Assembly: GCA_964016885.1 (NCBI GenBank)
Contig: OZ024763.1
Location: 29,078,001 to 29,142,000 of the forward strand
DNA: 64,000 bases
Direction of reading: 5' to 3'
Source of the DNA: Eledone cirrhosa
Lineage: Eukaryota
Part shown: positions 29,411-42,690 of the stretch, piece by piece
Numbering within the stretch: position 1 is the first letter of the stretch
How the letters are laid out: the number at the start of each line of letters is the position of its first letter
Program-made: the position numbers and the translations under genes
Notes under the pieces: model-generated
Told to the model about the DNA's origin: nothing
Databases searched by the model: none
What the model saw: only the letters and a program-made list of their open reading frames with translations

Positions 29411-29935
29411 TTTATTTTAAAACTTTTTCTCTATTTGCTAAACCTTGATTCTATATGTTCTGGCTCGTTAATTTATTAACCTGCCATAGAACCACATTGG
29501 CATACGGTTGGATAATACTTGTATCCCTATATGTATTTTTTACACGTAAGAACACATACTTTATTATTACTAATCTTCCCTAAGGTAGAGATAACATTTT
29601 GGTCGTTTGAACTGCTGCTATTTCTAGTGGCAGGACATTGACCTGTCCACCCTTGCCTTCTGTCTTTACACACGGCACTAGACAGAATTGGTCCCTTCCT
29701 CATTCACTCTCATCTGGGAACAGTTTTGTATGGCGCCAGTTTGTGATTTGAACTCGGGAATTTTATATTCTCCGAGCGAGAAGAACCTTCTGACGAGAAT
29801 CCCCTTCTCAATGGTGGTCCGCCTGGATTACCCATTTTGGGGGGATTTGAAACGGCGCGGTAAGGGTACATATAGTAAGTACAACAAACTTTTTAAAATT
29901 TATTTTAAAACTTTTTCTCTATTTGCTAAACTTTG

Positions 29936-29938
<3 letters not shown>
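29411..29938 (+). mobile_element. ~530-bp non-coding HHR-bearing unit bounded by ~40-bp direct repeats (retrozyme/pLTR-like)
   Basis: TTTATTTTAAAACTTTTTCTCTATTTGCTAAACYTTGATT at both ends; HHR at 29785-29867; the same 3' end recurs at ~45375-45448. Confidence 0.65.
29785..29867 (+). ncRNA. Type I hammerhead ribozyme motif (family L, extended helix II)
   Basis: ACCTT-CTGACGA-GAATCCCCT...GGGGGATTT-GAAA-CGGCGCGG-TA-AGGGT. Confidence 0.75.
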
Positions 29939-29978
<40 letters not shown>

Positions 29979-29980
<2 letters not shown>

Positions 29981-30168
29981 CGAAGGAAATGTGGTAAGGA
30001 ACCAGGTGGACCATAACGCACCAAAGTACTCAATACTTGAGGTAGTAGAGTGGGTAATAGGAACCAGTAAGACCCCGACAGCTGAGCTCAAGCCGTTTCG
30101 ACGGCTAATTCTGGACTAAAATTAGCCGTCGAAACGGCTTGAGCTCAGCTGTCGGGGTCTTAATGGTT

Positions 30169-30170
<2 letters not shown>
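29979..30170. mobile_element. Family K fold-back element
   Basis: Inverted arms ~30058-30110 and ~30120-30172; flanked by (TA)n. Confidence 0.75.
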
Positions 30171-30201
<31 letters not shown>

Positions 30202-30203
<2 letters not shown>

Positions 30204-30350
30204 AAGGCGAGTAAAATTCCCGAGATCCATGGACGAGTTCTCTCCAGCGGGCTCTGTCCCTCATTATCGCTGCCATGTCCTGCGTCTCCAACAGACCAGT
30301 GTCTGTCCTTAGGGCATCAACATACGTTAACCTTGGTCTCCCTCTTCTAG
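30202..30350 (-). mobile_element. 5'-truncated RTE-clade LINE 3' end
   Basis: Minus strand translates RRGRPRLTYVDALRTDTGLLETQDMAAIMRDRARWRELVHGSREFYSP*, a typical RTE C-terminus; a second fragment lies at ~41167-41230. Confidence 0.8.
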
Positions 30351-30841
30351 TATATATATATATAGGCGCAATGTTTTGTGAAAGATAACCAAAAATTCTA
30401 CATTAAATGTGTGGTTTTTGAAAGTGTCGCAAGTACCAGGGTCAGATCTTCCTCTCTGCCTAGCTCTCGTATTCTCGTCTTCTTTGGAGAAAAGAAAAAT
30501 CTGTTGTAATGAAACCCGGAGAGGAGATAAGCTCCGCCATGTTTAAAATGCCCAAGAAACGTCGTATGCCACGATAAATCTCCTACGACCCAACAGGGGT
30601 TACGGGACCACACCATACCGATGTAGGAACCGATAAACCGTGGGAATGAAACCCCTAATTTTGAAGACAAACTTAAAAAAAGACATCGTCTTGACGACTC
30701 TATCTAGCCACATCTATATATGTATATCCACTTATCTTTGCTTTCAGTGCAAATTAAAATAGCTATCGAGATCACACACAAACACACAAACACACACACA
30801 CGAACATAAAGAGGAACACATATATATATATATATATATAT

Positions 30842-31030
30842 AGAGGAACGAGTAAGACCCCGACGGCTGAGCTCAAGCCGTTTCGATGGCTAATGTCCAG
30901 AATTAGCCGTCGAAACGGCTTGAGCTCAGCCGTCGGGGTCCTACTCGTTCCTATTACCCACTCTACTACCCTAAGTATTGAGCACTTTGATGCGTTATGG
31001 CCCATCTGGTTCCTTACCACATTTCCTTCG

Positions 31031-31032
<2 letters not shown>
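30842..31032. mobile_element. Family K fold-back element
   Basis: Same architecture as 7920-8081. Confidence 0.75.
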
Positions 31033-31062
<30 letters not shown>

Positions 31063-31192
31063 GTACATATGTACTCATACACATATATAAATATAATCAC
31101 ACAATCACCCACACGTGTATATATATATAGATATATATATATGTATATATATTTCATATATGCCTATACTAAAAGGCACTCATATACATACA

Positions 31193-31246
<54 letters not shown>

Positions 31247-31380
31247 ATACAAATAAGCATATACACATATAAATATAATCACACATTCTCACACACACAA
31301 CCATGATGGCAATACGAGAATGCAACAATTATTTCAATGCGAATTAACGTGACATTCCACCGTAAAATATACATACATAA

Positions 31381-31416
<36 letters not shown>

Positions 31417-31472
31417 AAGGGAGGGGGGGGGGAAATATATGCTGTATATATTATACACACATTCATACACAA

Positions 31473-31505
<33 letters not shown>

Positions 31506-31901
31506 TATATATATATATATATATAAATATATACACACGCACAAACCCTCCCGTGACTAGACTCAATTGAAACCGACGTAGCAGTTCTGAGACAAAGGTG
31601 CAGTGGTGTGTAGGAATCGGTGGAGGAGGTGTGTCGGAGAGATAAGAAATAAGAGATGAAAGGAGTGAATGGTGCAGTGGTGTATAAGATAAGGCGGCGG
31701 CGGCGGTGGTGTGTTGGAGAGGAGAAGGAAGAGGTAATAGGAGAGATTATATTACATATTCGTGTTTTAGACATATCTATATTGTGTCTAAATAGCAGTA
31801 TCGGGTTTCCATGTAATTAGAAATGTGTTAAACACCGGCAGCGCATGTGTGTGTGTGTGTGTGTGTAACAATACGTAGAGTTTATACCTCAAGAGGGGGT
31901 T

Positions 31902-31951
<50 letters not shown>

Positions 31952-31996
31952 ATACACACAGAGTCACACGCACACACATATGTGTGTGTCTATATA

Positions 31997-32885
31997 CGAA
32001 TGTGTCAGAAAAGTTCCAGGACTGATGTCACAAAAGATTATTTCAAACCCAAATTTCAGACTAAGAGTTTTCTCGTTCAAAGTAATTCCCCTGGAGTATG
32101 TAACAGTAATCTTAGCTATCTGCAGCGATCAAACTTTTTTCTTCATAATTTTATATACATGTCCTCTGTTTTAGGTCGTCAAGCAATGAGCACAGGGCAA
32201 CGAACAAACTTGAAGTTTCTGGTACGGTTGAGGAAAACTCCGTCAGAAGCACTGGGATTGCTGCAGCAAGTGTATGGAGATGAGACGATGTCACGCTCAC
32301 ATGTTTTTGAGTGGTGCAAGAAGGACGCGAGGACGTGGAAGGTGACTCCAGGAGCGGAAGACCCCCAACAACCAGGACTGAGGTCAACGTTGAGCGCGTC
32401 AGGCAGATGGTGCGAAGCGATCGTCGGCTGACTCTTCGACTGATGGCAAATGAGCTGGGCATGAATTGGGACAGCGTCTGGAAGATTCTCACTGAAGATT
32501 TGGACATGGGGAAAGTCTGCGCGAAGATGGTGCCAAAACTGCTGAACGATGACCAGAAGGGTCGACGCATGCAAGTGTGCCAAGACATGCTTGATCGTCT
32601 TGAAACCGAACCAGACATGCTAGGGACAGTCATTACCGATGATGAGTCATGGATCTTCGAGTACGACCCGGAGGGGTCCCGTTTTGAAGACGTGGACGAT
32701 ATCAAAAAGGCCGTGACGACGGAACTGCGGAGGATCCAGGAAGAATTCTTCCTGGAGTGCATGCAAGCATGGCACAAAAGGATGGAAAAGTGCATTAGAC
32801 TCCAGGAGAAAACTCATAGTGTGAAGTTTGGGTTTGAAATAAATCTTTTGTGACATCAGTCCTGGAACTTTTCTGACACACTTCG
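31997..32885 (+). mobile_element. Internally deleted mariner transposon with ~78-bp TIRs and TA target duplication
   Basis: TA|CGAATGTGTCAGAAAAGTTCCAGGACTGATGTCACAAAAGAT... and ...ATCTTTTGTGACATCAGTCCTGGAACTTTTCTGACACACTTCG|TA. Confidence 0.93.
32186..32853 (+). pseudogene. Mariner transposase remnant (frameshifted, catalytic core deleted)
   Basis: HTH region MSTGQRTNLKFLVRL...VYGDETMSRSHVFEW, frameshift, then GREDVEGDSRSGRP...KVCAKMVPKLL...VITDDESWIFEYDPE joined directly to GSRFEDVDDIK...WHKRMEKCI; the second and third catalytic Asp regions are absent. Confidence 0.9.
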
Positions 32886-33017
32886 TATGTATATATATAT
32901 ATATGTGTATATATATATATATATAAACTTATCTATCTATCTATATATATATGTGTATTTATATATATATAAACTTATCTATCTATCTATCTATATATAT
33001 ACACATATATATATATA

Positions 33018-33120
<103 letters not shown>

Positions 33121-33144
33121 ATATATATAGATAGATAGATAAGA

Positions 33145-33319
33145 TTATTCCGGGTTCAATTGGGGGTAACCACAGTAAGTAAGGTATTCAATACATAACT
33201 GAGTATAAATATTTAATATATAATATAAAAATGGCTTCTACGGGACTAGAACTGTTTCATTCGGGAGGCCGAATGAAACAGATCTAGTCCTCTAGTCCTG
33301 CAGAAGCCATTTCTATATC

Positions 33320-33320
<1 letters not shown>
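33145..33320. mobile_element. Family A inverted element
   Basis: CTGTTTCATTCGG / CCGAATGAAACAG fold-back plus the family terminal sequence. Confidence 0.7.
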
Positions 33321-33377
<57 letters not shown>

Positions 33378-33505
33378 GACTTCTATCGATCTAGAACACT
33401 TTTACTCGTATGAAATCATCGCGAAAGTCCGTGCTAATCCTTGATACCAATCTGGAGCCCACCCATATATATATGTCTTACTTGGACATTTTGTCTCGTT
33501 TTTCA

Positions 33506-33625
33506 TTGTGATCCTGTCTCTATTTGTACTCCTGAAGTAGGGCTAAAAGCCCGACATGTCGAACTTTCTTTCCTCTTTCCGATATAAAGCGTGAAACTAA
33601 TAAGACTCTTTGTACCTCTGTTTGT
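33506..33625 (+). mobile_element. Family I fragment with a decayed HHR
   Basis: CTGAAGT-AGGGCTAAAAGCCC-GACATGTCG; homologous to ~39885-40003 (minus). Confidence 0.55.
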
Positions 33626-33761
33626 TGTCTTCTTGAAATATATCGCCTGTCGATCGACTTTCGTCAAATCGGACCGGGGAAACAATGTTTCCATTGGTCT
33701 TTCCAATTGCTAATACTATCCATCACTATACATAGAACGATTGAGAGAGAGAGAGAGAGGC

Positions 33762-33795
<34 letters not shown>

Positions 33796-33797
33796 GC

Positions 33798-33859
<62 letters not shown>

Positions 33860-33952
33860 TGAGAGAGATAGTGAGAGAGAGAAAGAGAGAGGAGAGATAT
33901 TAGTGTCACAAGTAAAACATCTTTAATCAATTTATCATTATCATTAAACACA

Positions 33953-34450
33953 AGGGCGGTGATTTCCAGCGTCAGTAGAGCGTCGGGCCAAAAGAAGAAA
34001 CAATTATTATTGAATGTTGGGTACAGTGATAAAGATCAAGGGTCCTCAGAGCATAAAACAAACGGATGTAAGTATTTGTTCCGGCTCTTCACATTATGAG
34101 TTCAAATCATACCGCATTACCTTTGATTTTTATCCTTCCGCGGTCGATAAAAAAATAATTGTTTCTACTTTTGGCACAAGGCCAGCAATTATCAGTACAT
34201 TACTGGTACTTTATTTTATCGACCCCGTAAGGATGAAAGGCAAATTTAATCTCGGCCGGATTTGAACTCAGATCGTAAAAAATAATTGTTTCTACTTTCG
34301 GCACAATGCCAGCAATTACTCAGTGTATTACTGGTACTTTATTTTATCGACCCCGTAAGGATGAAAGGCAAAGTTAACCTCGGCGGGATTTGAACTCCGA
34401 ATGGCAAGGGCCGTAACTCTATGCGTCAAAGCATGGCGTCCGACCCTCTA
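33953..34450. mobile_element. Cluster of tRNA-derived SINE fragments (two minus copies in tandem at ~34157 and ~34283)
   Basis: GTTTCTACTTTTGGCACAAGGCCAGC...ATCGACCCCGTAAGGATGAAAGGC...GGATTTGAACTC occurs twice. Confidence 0.82.
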
Positions 34451-35341
34451 ATTCCAATCAGATATTAACTGTCGATATAATAGCTTCCTCACCCTACTCC
34501 CCAAATTATTGACCTACTCCCTATATCTGCCTCTCCTCTCTCTCTCACCTCGTTTTAATGTCTTTCCTACCTTCTTTTCTCTTTCTCTCTCAATCTCTTC
34601 CCCCTCTCTCTCAATCTTACCTTCCTGTCTCTCTCTCTAAATCTAACCCCCTCTCTCTTAATAACTCCCCCCTCTATCTCAATCATTCCTCCTGTCTCTC
34701 TCAATCTATCTATCTATACCTCTCTCTCTCTAAAACTACCTCCTTCTCTCTCAATCTATCTCTCTCGCTCTCTCTCACTTAATCACTCCCGCTTTCTCTC
34801 TTTCCCCTCTCTCAATCTCTGTCTCCCTCTCTCTCACTTAATCTCTCCCCTCTCTCTTTCCCTCTGTCACTCTCACCCAATCTCTTTCTTTCCCTCTCTC
34901 ACTCACTCAATCTCTCTCAAGCTATCTCTCTCTTGCTCTCTTTGTCTCTCTCGTGCTTCTCTTTATCTCTCTCTCACTCTCTCTCAGCATTCCCCCTCTT
35001 CTACGTTTTCTCTCGCCTCCTCTTTTAATCTTGATCACACTCTCACACTCATGTTTTCACTCCGTCCCTGTGCTCCTCCCCCTCCAACACCTCCTCCACT
35101 ACCACCAGCACCTCCTGGCTACCCCCTCTCTATGTATCTCCCACTCTCTCACCTTCATGTGTTCACATGTCATACGATATTAACAGTGATGAGTGAAGCA
35201 ACATCTTTGATCTCGTTTGGGGGATGAGGGTGAGTTGTGGGGGCGATCACTAGGTCAGTCGGTAGAATGTAGTGTGTGCAGACACCACCAACCCGTATGT
35301 ACACACACATGTATATATAAAGTTACTTGTTAATACCAGTG

Positions 35342-35377
<36 letters not shown>

Positions 35378-35464
35378 TTCAAACATACATATATAATGTT
35401 ACGAGTTAAGACCAGTGTGTGTGTATATATATATATATATATATGTGTATATACTTATACTTAT

Positions 35465-35508
<44 letters not shown>

Positions 35509-35539
35509 TCTCACTTACACATTTATTTAATATTACTAG

Positions 35540-35586
<47 letters not shown>

Positions 35587-35857
35587 AACAGTAAACAGAA
35601 ATAACAACACAGTATATGGTACAGTATATGGAAGGGATATATTAGGTTAACGCTTGATATAGCAGGAAGAGGGTCTTTAAGAATGGCAGTGATCATGAAG
35701 TTGTTCTGAGTCTCCGACATAGAATTGTGAAGAATGGCGGAGGACCTGATACAAACGGTAGCAAATATTTTAGGTCAGGTGCTTTCCGCCATCAATCCGA
35801 GTAACCCCCAAAGAGAAACTGAAGGCACATTGTCGCTGTCCTTCGCACTGAGATTTC

Positions 35858-36821
35858 CGGCGTTAGCTTAAGGTGACGTTGGATTGTCGGCGTTGGGTTA
35901 AGATAATGGACGGTGGATTGCTAACGGTGTGTTAAAGTAATAGACAGTGGATTCCCGGCGTTGGGTTAAAGTAATGGACGGTGGATTCCTAGCGTTGGGT
36001 TAAGTTAATGGACGGTGGATTCCCGGCGTTGGGTTAAAGTAATGGACGGTGGATTCCTGGCGTTGGGTTAAGTTAATGGACAGTGGATTCCCGGCGTTGG
36101 GTGAAAGTAATGGACGGTGGATTCCTGGCGTTGGGTTAAGTTAATGGACGGTGGATTCCCGGCGTTGGGTGAAAGTAATGGACGGTGGATTCCTGACGTT
36201 GGGTTAAGTTAATGGACGGTGGATTCCTGGCGTTGGGTTAAGTTAATGGACGGTGGATTCCCGGCGTTGGGTTAAAGTAATGGACGGTGGATTCCTGACG
36301 TTGGGTTAAGTTAATGGACGGTGGATTCCCGGCGTTGGGTTAAAGTAATGGACGGTGGATTCCTGACGTTGGGTTAAGTTAATGGACGGTGGATTCCTGG
36401 CGTTGGGTTAAGTTAATGGACGGTGGATTCCCGGCGTTGGGTTAAAGTAATGGACGGTGGATTCCTGGCGTTGGGTTAAGTTAATGGACAGTGGATTCCC
36501 GGCGTTGGGTGAAAGTAATGGACGGTGGATTCCTGGCGTTGGGTTAAGTTAATGGACGGTGGATTCCCGGCGTTGGGTGAAAGTAATGGACGGTGGATTC
36601 CTGACGTTGGGTTAAGTTAATGGACGGTGGATTCCTGGCGTTGGGTTAAGTTAATGGACGGTGGATTCCTGGCGTTGGGTTAAGTCAATGGACGGTGGAT
36701 TCCCGGCGTTGGGTGAAAGTAATGGACGGTGGATTCCTGACGTTGGGTTAAGTTAATGGACGGTGGATTCCTGGCGTTGGGTTAAGTTAATGGACGGTGG
36801 ATTCCCGGCGTTGGGTTAAAG
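35858..36821. repeat. 35-bp minisatellite, about 27 copies with alternating variants
   Basis: Unit GGCGTTGGGTTAAAGTAATGGACGGTGGATTCCY with AAAGT/AAGTT and CCC/CCT variants. Confidence 0.95.
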
Positions 36822-37316
36822 CAGGGGTTCTCACCCCCACCCCCACCCCCTCTCACGGCCAATTATACCCTCAACGCACCAACTATATTTCCAGAGAGAC
36901 CTACCAACACAAATTGTAAATAATATATCAATAAAATCGTTAATTTATATATAATAAATAATATAATACATACTATGTATAAATAAATATTATATATTTT
37001 TTATTTTACTATATTTATATTTTTACGATGACCACCCTGACATTCTTTCCTCCTTTTTTTTTTCCTTTTTGAAACATAGAGTATCTAAAATTACTTTCTA
37101 CAGTGTGTCTTTTTTTCTGGGTGTATCTTTTAGAAAACTGTGTTTGTTTAATTTTCTATATGTTAATATGTGTGTGCACGCCTGTATATATATATATATT
37201 TATAGTATTAAGGATACTATTTATGGTTATGTATATACTAAAACCTTTTATAGTTATATATATTTTAAACCCTGAATAGTGAAAGACAGTAATTTATTGC
37301 TATCTTATTACCAGTA

Positions 37317-37359
<43 letters not shown>

Positions 37360-37720
37360 ACATAAACAGAGAAAGCCTTAAGCGATACTCTGATCAACTC
37401 CATCTCACTCAACAAACGTTAGGATATACCTAAGTATTTTGCCAATTTAGTGTCTGAGGTGTAAACTAATCAGTAGTTCGTGGATAGCTGGTTGTATTAT
37501 TTTATATGAGACATTATTAAATAAATATCTCTTTCCTTCCAGACGGCCATTTCGTTATAAGATCTCTACAATTTGGGATAAATAATTTCCAGGTTATGTA
37601 GAAACTTGTATATAATCCATATATATATATATATATATGTTATGTATGTATGTAATTATGTATGTATGTGTTAGTATTTGTGTGGTGTCTGTGTGTATCT
37701 GTATATATATGTGTGTGTTA

Positions 37721-37756
<36 letters not shown>

Positions 37757-37758
<2 letters not shown>

Positions 37759-37884
37759 GGGTGGATAAAACCTCGAGTTACCATTTAAAAACTGAATAGA
37801 GGTTTTATGTATTTCCAAAATGAAATAATGTGATAATGAAATGGCTTTTCTTCAGCTACTAGCATGACTTTTGGCCCACCCTGT
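37757..37884. mobile_element. Short Tc1/mariner-type MITE
   Basis: Imperfect TIRs ACGGGTGGATAAAACCTC / GACTTTTGGCCCACCCTGT with TA flanks. Confidence 0.5.
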
Positions 37885-37918
37885 ATACATACATACATAC
37901 ATACATACACATATATAT

Positions 37919-37997
<79 letters not shown>

Positions 37998-38000
37998 TAA

Positions 38001-38047
<47 letters not shown>

Positions 38048-38060
38048 TATACATATATAA

Positions 38061-38105
<45 letters not shown>

Positions 38106-38136
38106 TATACATATATATATATACATACATATACAT

Positions 38137-38191
<55 letters not shown>

Positions 38192-38411
38192 GTATGTATC
38201 TATGTGTGTATATAAAGTTCATGTCTCTATGAGGCGCAAAGTACATCTGCAATGGCCACCTATCTGTCAGTCCCGTCTATTCACACGTCATTTGATACGG
38301 TGGCTGATGAGTGAAATAGGGTTTTGAACTCCCAAACTCAACAGTTCGCTTTGTTACAGTCCTGTTGTTTGTTGAAGTAGTAGTAGCAACAGCAGCAGCA
38401 GCAGTGGTAGT

Positions 38412-38475
<64 letters not shown>

Positions 38476-38481
38476 CACAAA

Positions 38482-38625
38482 TAACTGTTTCTACTTTTGG
38501 CACAAGGCCAGCAATTATCTCAGTATATTACTGGTACTTTATTTTATCGACCCCCCCCTTAAGGATAAAAGGCAAAGTAAACCTCGGCGGGATTTGAACT
38601 CAGACCGTAAAGGGACGTAACTATC
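38482..38625 (-). mobile_element. tRNA-derived SINE fragment
   Basis: Family core and B box on the minus strand. Confidence 0.78.
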
Positions 38626-38674
38626 ACAAATAATGAAAGAGAAAATAGTACACAATTGCATATTTATAAAAGCG

Positions 38675-38719
<45 letters not shown>

Positions 38720-39312
38720 TATGTGTGTATACGTACATACATATATGTATACAGACGTACAGTAGCATGCATATATATATATATACATACAGGTACACAT
38801 ACATATATGCACGTCTGTATACATATATGTATGTACGTATACACACATACTTATACGTATACACACATACTTAGACGTATACACACATACTTACATTTAA
38901 GTAAGTGCCGTACTAAGAGTGAGAAATGAAATTTCGTTTTCATTTTATTTCAACTTATATATATATATATATATAGGAAAAGAGTCAGGACCCCGACGGC
39001 TGAGCTCTGGCCGTTTTCACAGCTAGATCCGAACTAAGCCGGCAACATGCTAACTTAGTTCGGATGTAGTATATATACAGTAGTTCCCCAGTATTCGCTG
39101 GAGTTGCGTTCCTAGAGAAATCGCGATGAGTGAAAAACTCCGAATATTGGAGCTGGTCCATAAAAATGCCTATAAACGTCAAAATATAACGTGAAATATA
39201 ATGATAATAAAAAAAAAAAGACCTAGCGCCTTATGCGAAGGGGCGTCCAATAGGCCGGCAAATACGATATCTTGTTATAATAATTTAGCCTTTATATATA
39301 TATATATATATA

Positions 39313-39498
39313 AGTTTTAATATAGATGAGATTCTACAGGACTAGAACTGTTTCATTCTTTAGAAATCACTGATGATTTCTAAAGAATGAAACAGTTCTT
39401 GTCCTGTAGAATCTCATCTATATTAAAACTTTTATACTCTGCAATGTATTGAGTACCTTACTTACTGTGGTTACCTCCGATTCAACCCGGAATAACGT
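39313..39498. mobile_element. Family A inverted element; HHR on the plus arm begins exactly at CTGATGA (39370)
   Basis: Near-identical to 14137-14385 in reverse orientation; the fold-back point abuts the ribozyme core. Confidence 0.8.
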
Positions 39499-39499
39499 A

Positions 39500-39550
<51 letters not shown>

Positions 39551-39665
39551 AGAGGTGAGTTTTATTGTAGTACAATAAAGCAATGCAGATATCGGATAAG
39601 TAGCACTCTACAGTTTGTAGGACTGGAGTATAAAATACATGGAACTCTTTTAACCATCTTTTCAT

Positions 39666-39708
<43 letters not shown>

Positions 39709-39947
39709 CCAAGAAAAAAGCCATTAAAAAAATCGCGGAACATATTTACGATTCTGCGAATATGTGGGTGGTTTCCACAAACAATTATTTGTTAGGTTCT
39801 AAGGAAAATTCCGCGAATAACCGGGACCGCGAGTGCCGGAATACACCGTGTATATATATATATATAGAGAGAGAGAGATCACAAAAAACACCAGAGCTAC
39901 AAAAAGTCTCATTAGTTTCACGCTTTATATTGGAAAGAGAAAAGAAA

Positions 39948-39984
39948 GATCGACGTTTCGGGCTTAAGTCCTTCTTCAGGAGTA
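39948..39984 (-). ncRNA. Minimal hammerhead motif (family I)
   Basis: Minus strand CTC-CTGAAGA-AGGACTTAAGCCC-GAAACGTC-GA, the compact PLE-type form; helix I is only about 2 bp. Confidence 0.55.
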
Positions 39985-40076
39985 CAAAATAGAGACAGGA
40001 TCACTGAAAAAAGGTCTGAAAAAAAAAACATTGAAAATGTGTGTGTGTGTGTGTGCTTGAGTGAGAGAGAGAGCGA

Positions 40077-40105
<29 letters not shown>

Positions 40106-40107
<2 letters not shown>

Positions 40108-40349
40108 ACAGCTCACACCTATGCAGGTCTAGCTGGCCCCCTCCAATGTATATCTCGTTGGTGGTGTCTTGGGTAATTTAATGATAAGGACCCTAGTCCT
40201 ATCATCTCATTTCTACAGGCTAAGTAAACTGGAGCAACGTGAAATAAAGTGTCTTGCTCAAGGAAACAACACATCACCTGGTCCGAGAATTGAACTCACA
40301 ACCTTTCAATTGCAAGCCCAATGCTCTAACCACTAAGCCATGCGCCTTC
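40106..40349 (-). mobile_element. tRNA-derived SINE (second family)
   Basis: Minus strand GGCGCATGGCTTAGTGGTTAGAGC (A box) ... GAGTTCAATTCTC (B box) ... CCTTGAGCAAGACACTTTATTTCAC; the 3' limit is approximate. Confidence 0.8.
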
Positions 40350-40368
40350 ATGTGTGTATATATATATG

Positions 40369-40520
<152 letters not shown>

Positions 40521-40967
40521 GGAGCCGTAACAAGAAGAACAGCAACAATCTGCTCCACTGACATATCTCTCCAGCTGTAGGCCATTTGTTTATTGTTCAA
40601 CTCAGTCCATCTATCATTAGTTACATCCCCCTGACCCTACATTTCCCCTTGACACCTCCTACAGCCGTCCTACAACCTTCTAATGGTATCCTTCAGGTCT
40701 TTATTTCTGAGGTTAAGCGGGAGTCTGTCCATCATTGTAAGCCAGCCCCACCTCACCATCACAAACCACCACCACCACCACTCCATTCTCTTCAACATAT
40801 CCCTCATTCCACACTGCTACAAACACAAAACTCCATTATACACTCGTTTCCCACCCGTTCCCTATATACCCCATCATGATACCCCTCATCAGTGCTGTCC
40901 ACATCACCCCCACCAACATCATCTACCTCCCTGGCTTTGGTCGTCATCTCTACCTTATATCTATCTG

Positions 40968-41034
<67 letters not shown>

Positions 41035-41370
41035 CTATCTATCTATCTATCTATGTTTCTATATAACTATCTAGTTATCTCTATATATATATATCTAAGT
41101 ATATCTCTCTCTCTCCCTCTCTACCCATCTATTTATCTCTCTATCTATATGCCACTATCTATCTATCTAAGGTGAGTAAAATTACCGAGATCCATGGACG
41201 AGGAGTTCTCTCCAGCAGTCTCTGTCCTCCACGGATAGAACTCTACCACTATATATGATTTTTAATGCGATGAAATAACAATGATGGTTGGCAAAATCAC
41301 TGATGAGGGACTAATTTTATAATATGTAATCCATGTGCAACCATGCAGTATTCTTCTTCCCCTTGTTTTT

Positions 41371-41455
<85 letters not shown>

Positions 41456-41696
41456 GAATATAAAAGATAGACGAACACAGACAAATACACATATGTGTTC
41501 AAATAGTAAGGGACCAGATTCGCTAAGGTGAAAAGAATACTAACTATAGACAATTGGGTTTGCTTGTCTCAATTTAAGAAAAAAAATCAAGAAAATAAAT
41601 ACAAACCCGAAAATAAATATGGCTTGGCAATATCTCTTTCTTAGAGCTATTTTGTTGTAAGAGACTATTTTGAGTTTCTAACTCAATATATACCTT

Positions 41697-41762
<66 letters not shown>

Positions 41763-42247
41763 GGAGGGTCATATTTGTGTAATATTGCCAGAATTAATAA
41801 CAGAACACACTCACTGTTTGGTTGGTTTTCGCTTCTCGCTTCTGTGTCTTTTATATCGGTAATCTAATTTACTCAGTCCTCAATGTTGCCATTGACTGAC
41901 CGACGGTCAAAAATAATACAGATACACTATAGACACAAACACATATATATAGTTTATCATAAATCTTTCGTTGCACATCTGCAACATCGTCAGTGGTGTT
42001 ATCGTTTCCTCCTGTTGTATTATATGTCTACGCCATTTTTATTCAGTCTGTCTATATATTTATTTATTTATTTGCTTGTTTGTTTATTTTATTTTGTCTT
42101 CTTTGCGCATGCGTTTGCGTGTGTGTATAGTGTTTTGTTTGCTGTGTGATGGGTGACTAGTGTGTGTTTATGTGCTTGTTGTTATTGTGTTTGTGTATGT
42201 ATTTATTTATTTTATTTTATTTTATTTTATTTATTAATTCATCGCCG

Positions 42248-42338
<91 letters not shown>

Positions 42339-42418
42339 GGTTTGTTGGTTCACCACTGGATAGAATTGGTTATTCCGTATGGTCAATCTTGATGTAATAT
42401 TATGGAGAGTACTTAACG

Positions 42419-42459
<41 letters not shown>

Positions 42460-42462
<3 letters not shown>

Positions 42463-42690
42463 ATGATATTAATAAATGGAAACTATATTTATAAAACCAT
42501 ATTTATTTTATTATATATATTTCAAGGGCACCAACATTTTGGTACGCCCTTATCAGATAAAATACAAAATTTGTTTTATAAATGCTGACATACCGAAGAA
42601 ACCACACCCTATCGGTTAAGGTTCAGTTTGGATAAAATAAATATGGTTTTATAAATATAGTTTCCATTTATTAATATCATTGATATTATA
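42460..42690. mobile_element. Family E inverted element with a mutated HHR (CTGATAA) at 42504-42564 on the minus strand
   Basis: ~55-bp inverted termini ATCAATGATATTAATAAATGGAAAC...; near-identical to 28906-29030. Confidence 0.72.

Noticed and set aside
30398-30670. 90-aa minus-strand ORF as a possible Penelope RT or GIY-YIG fragment
   Set aside because: No RT or GIY-YIG motifs were recognisable in the frames I read.
38304-38335. CTGATGA-GT-GAAA hammerhead-like core
   Set aside because: No helix I partner, no proper helix III/UH, and single copy; likely a chance match.
40270-40349. tRNA gene
   Set aside because: A and B boxes are present, but the acceptor stem does not pair and the sequence continues into a SINE body also seen at 12997; it is a SINE head.
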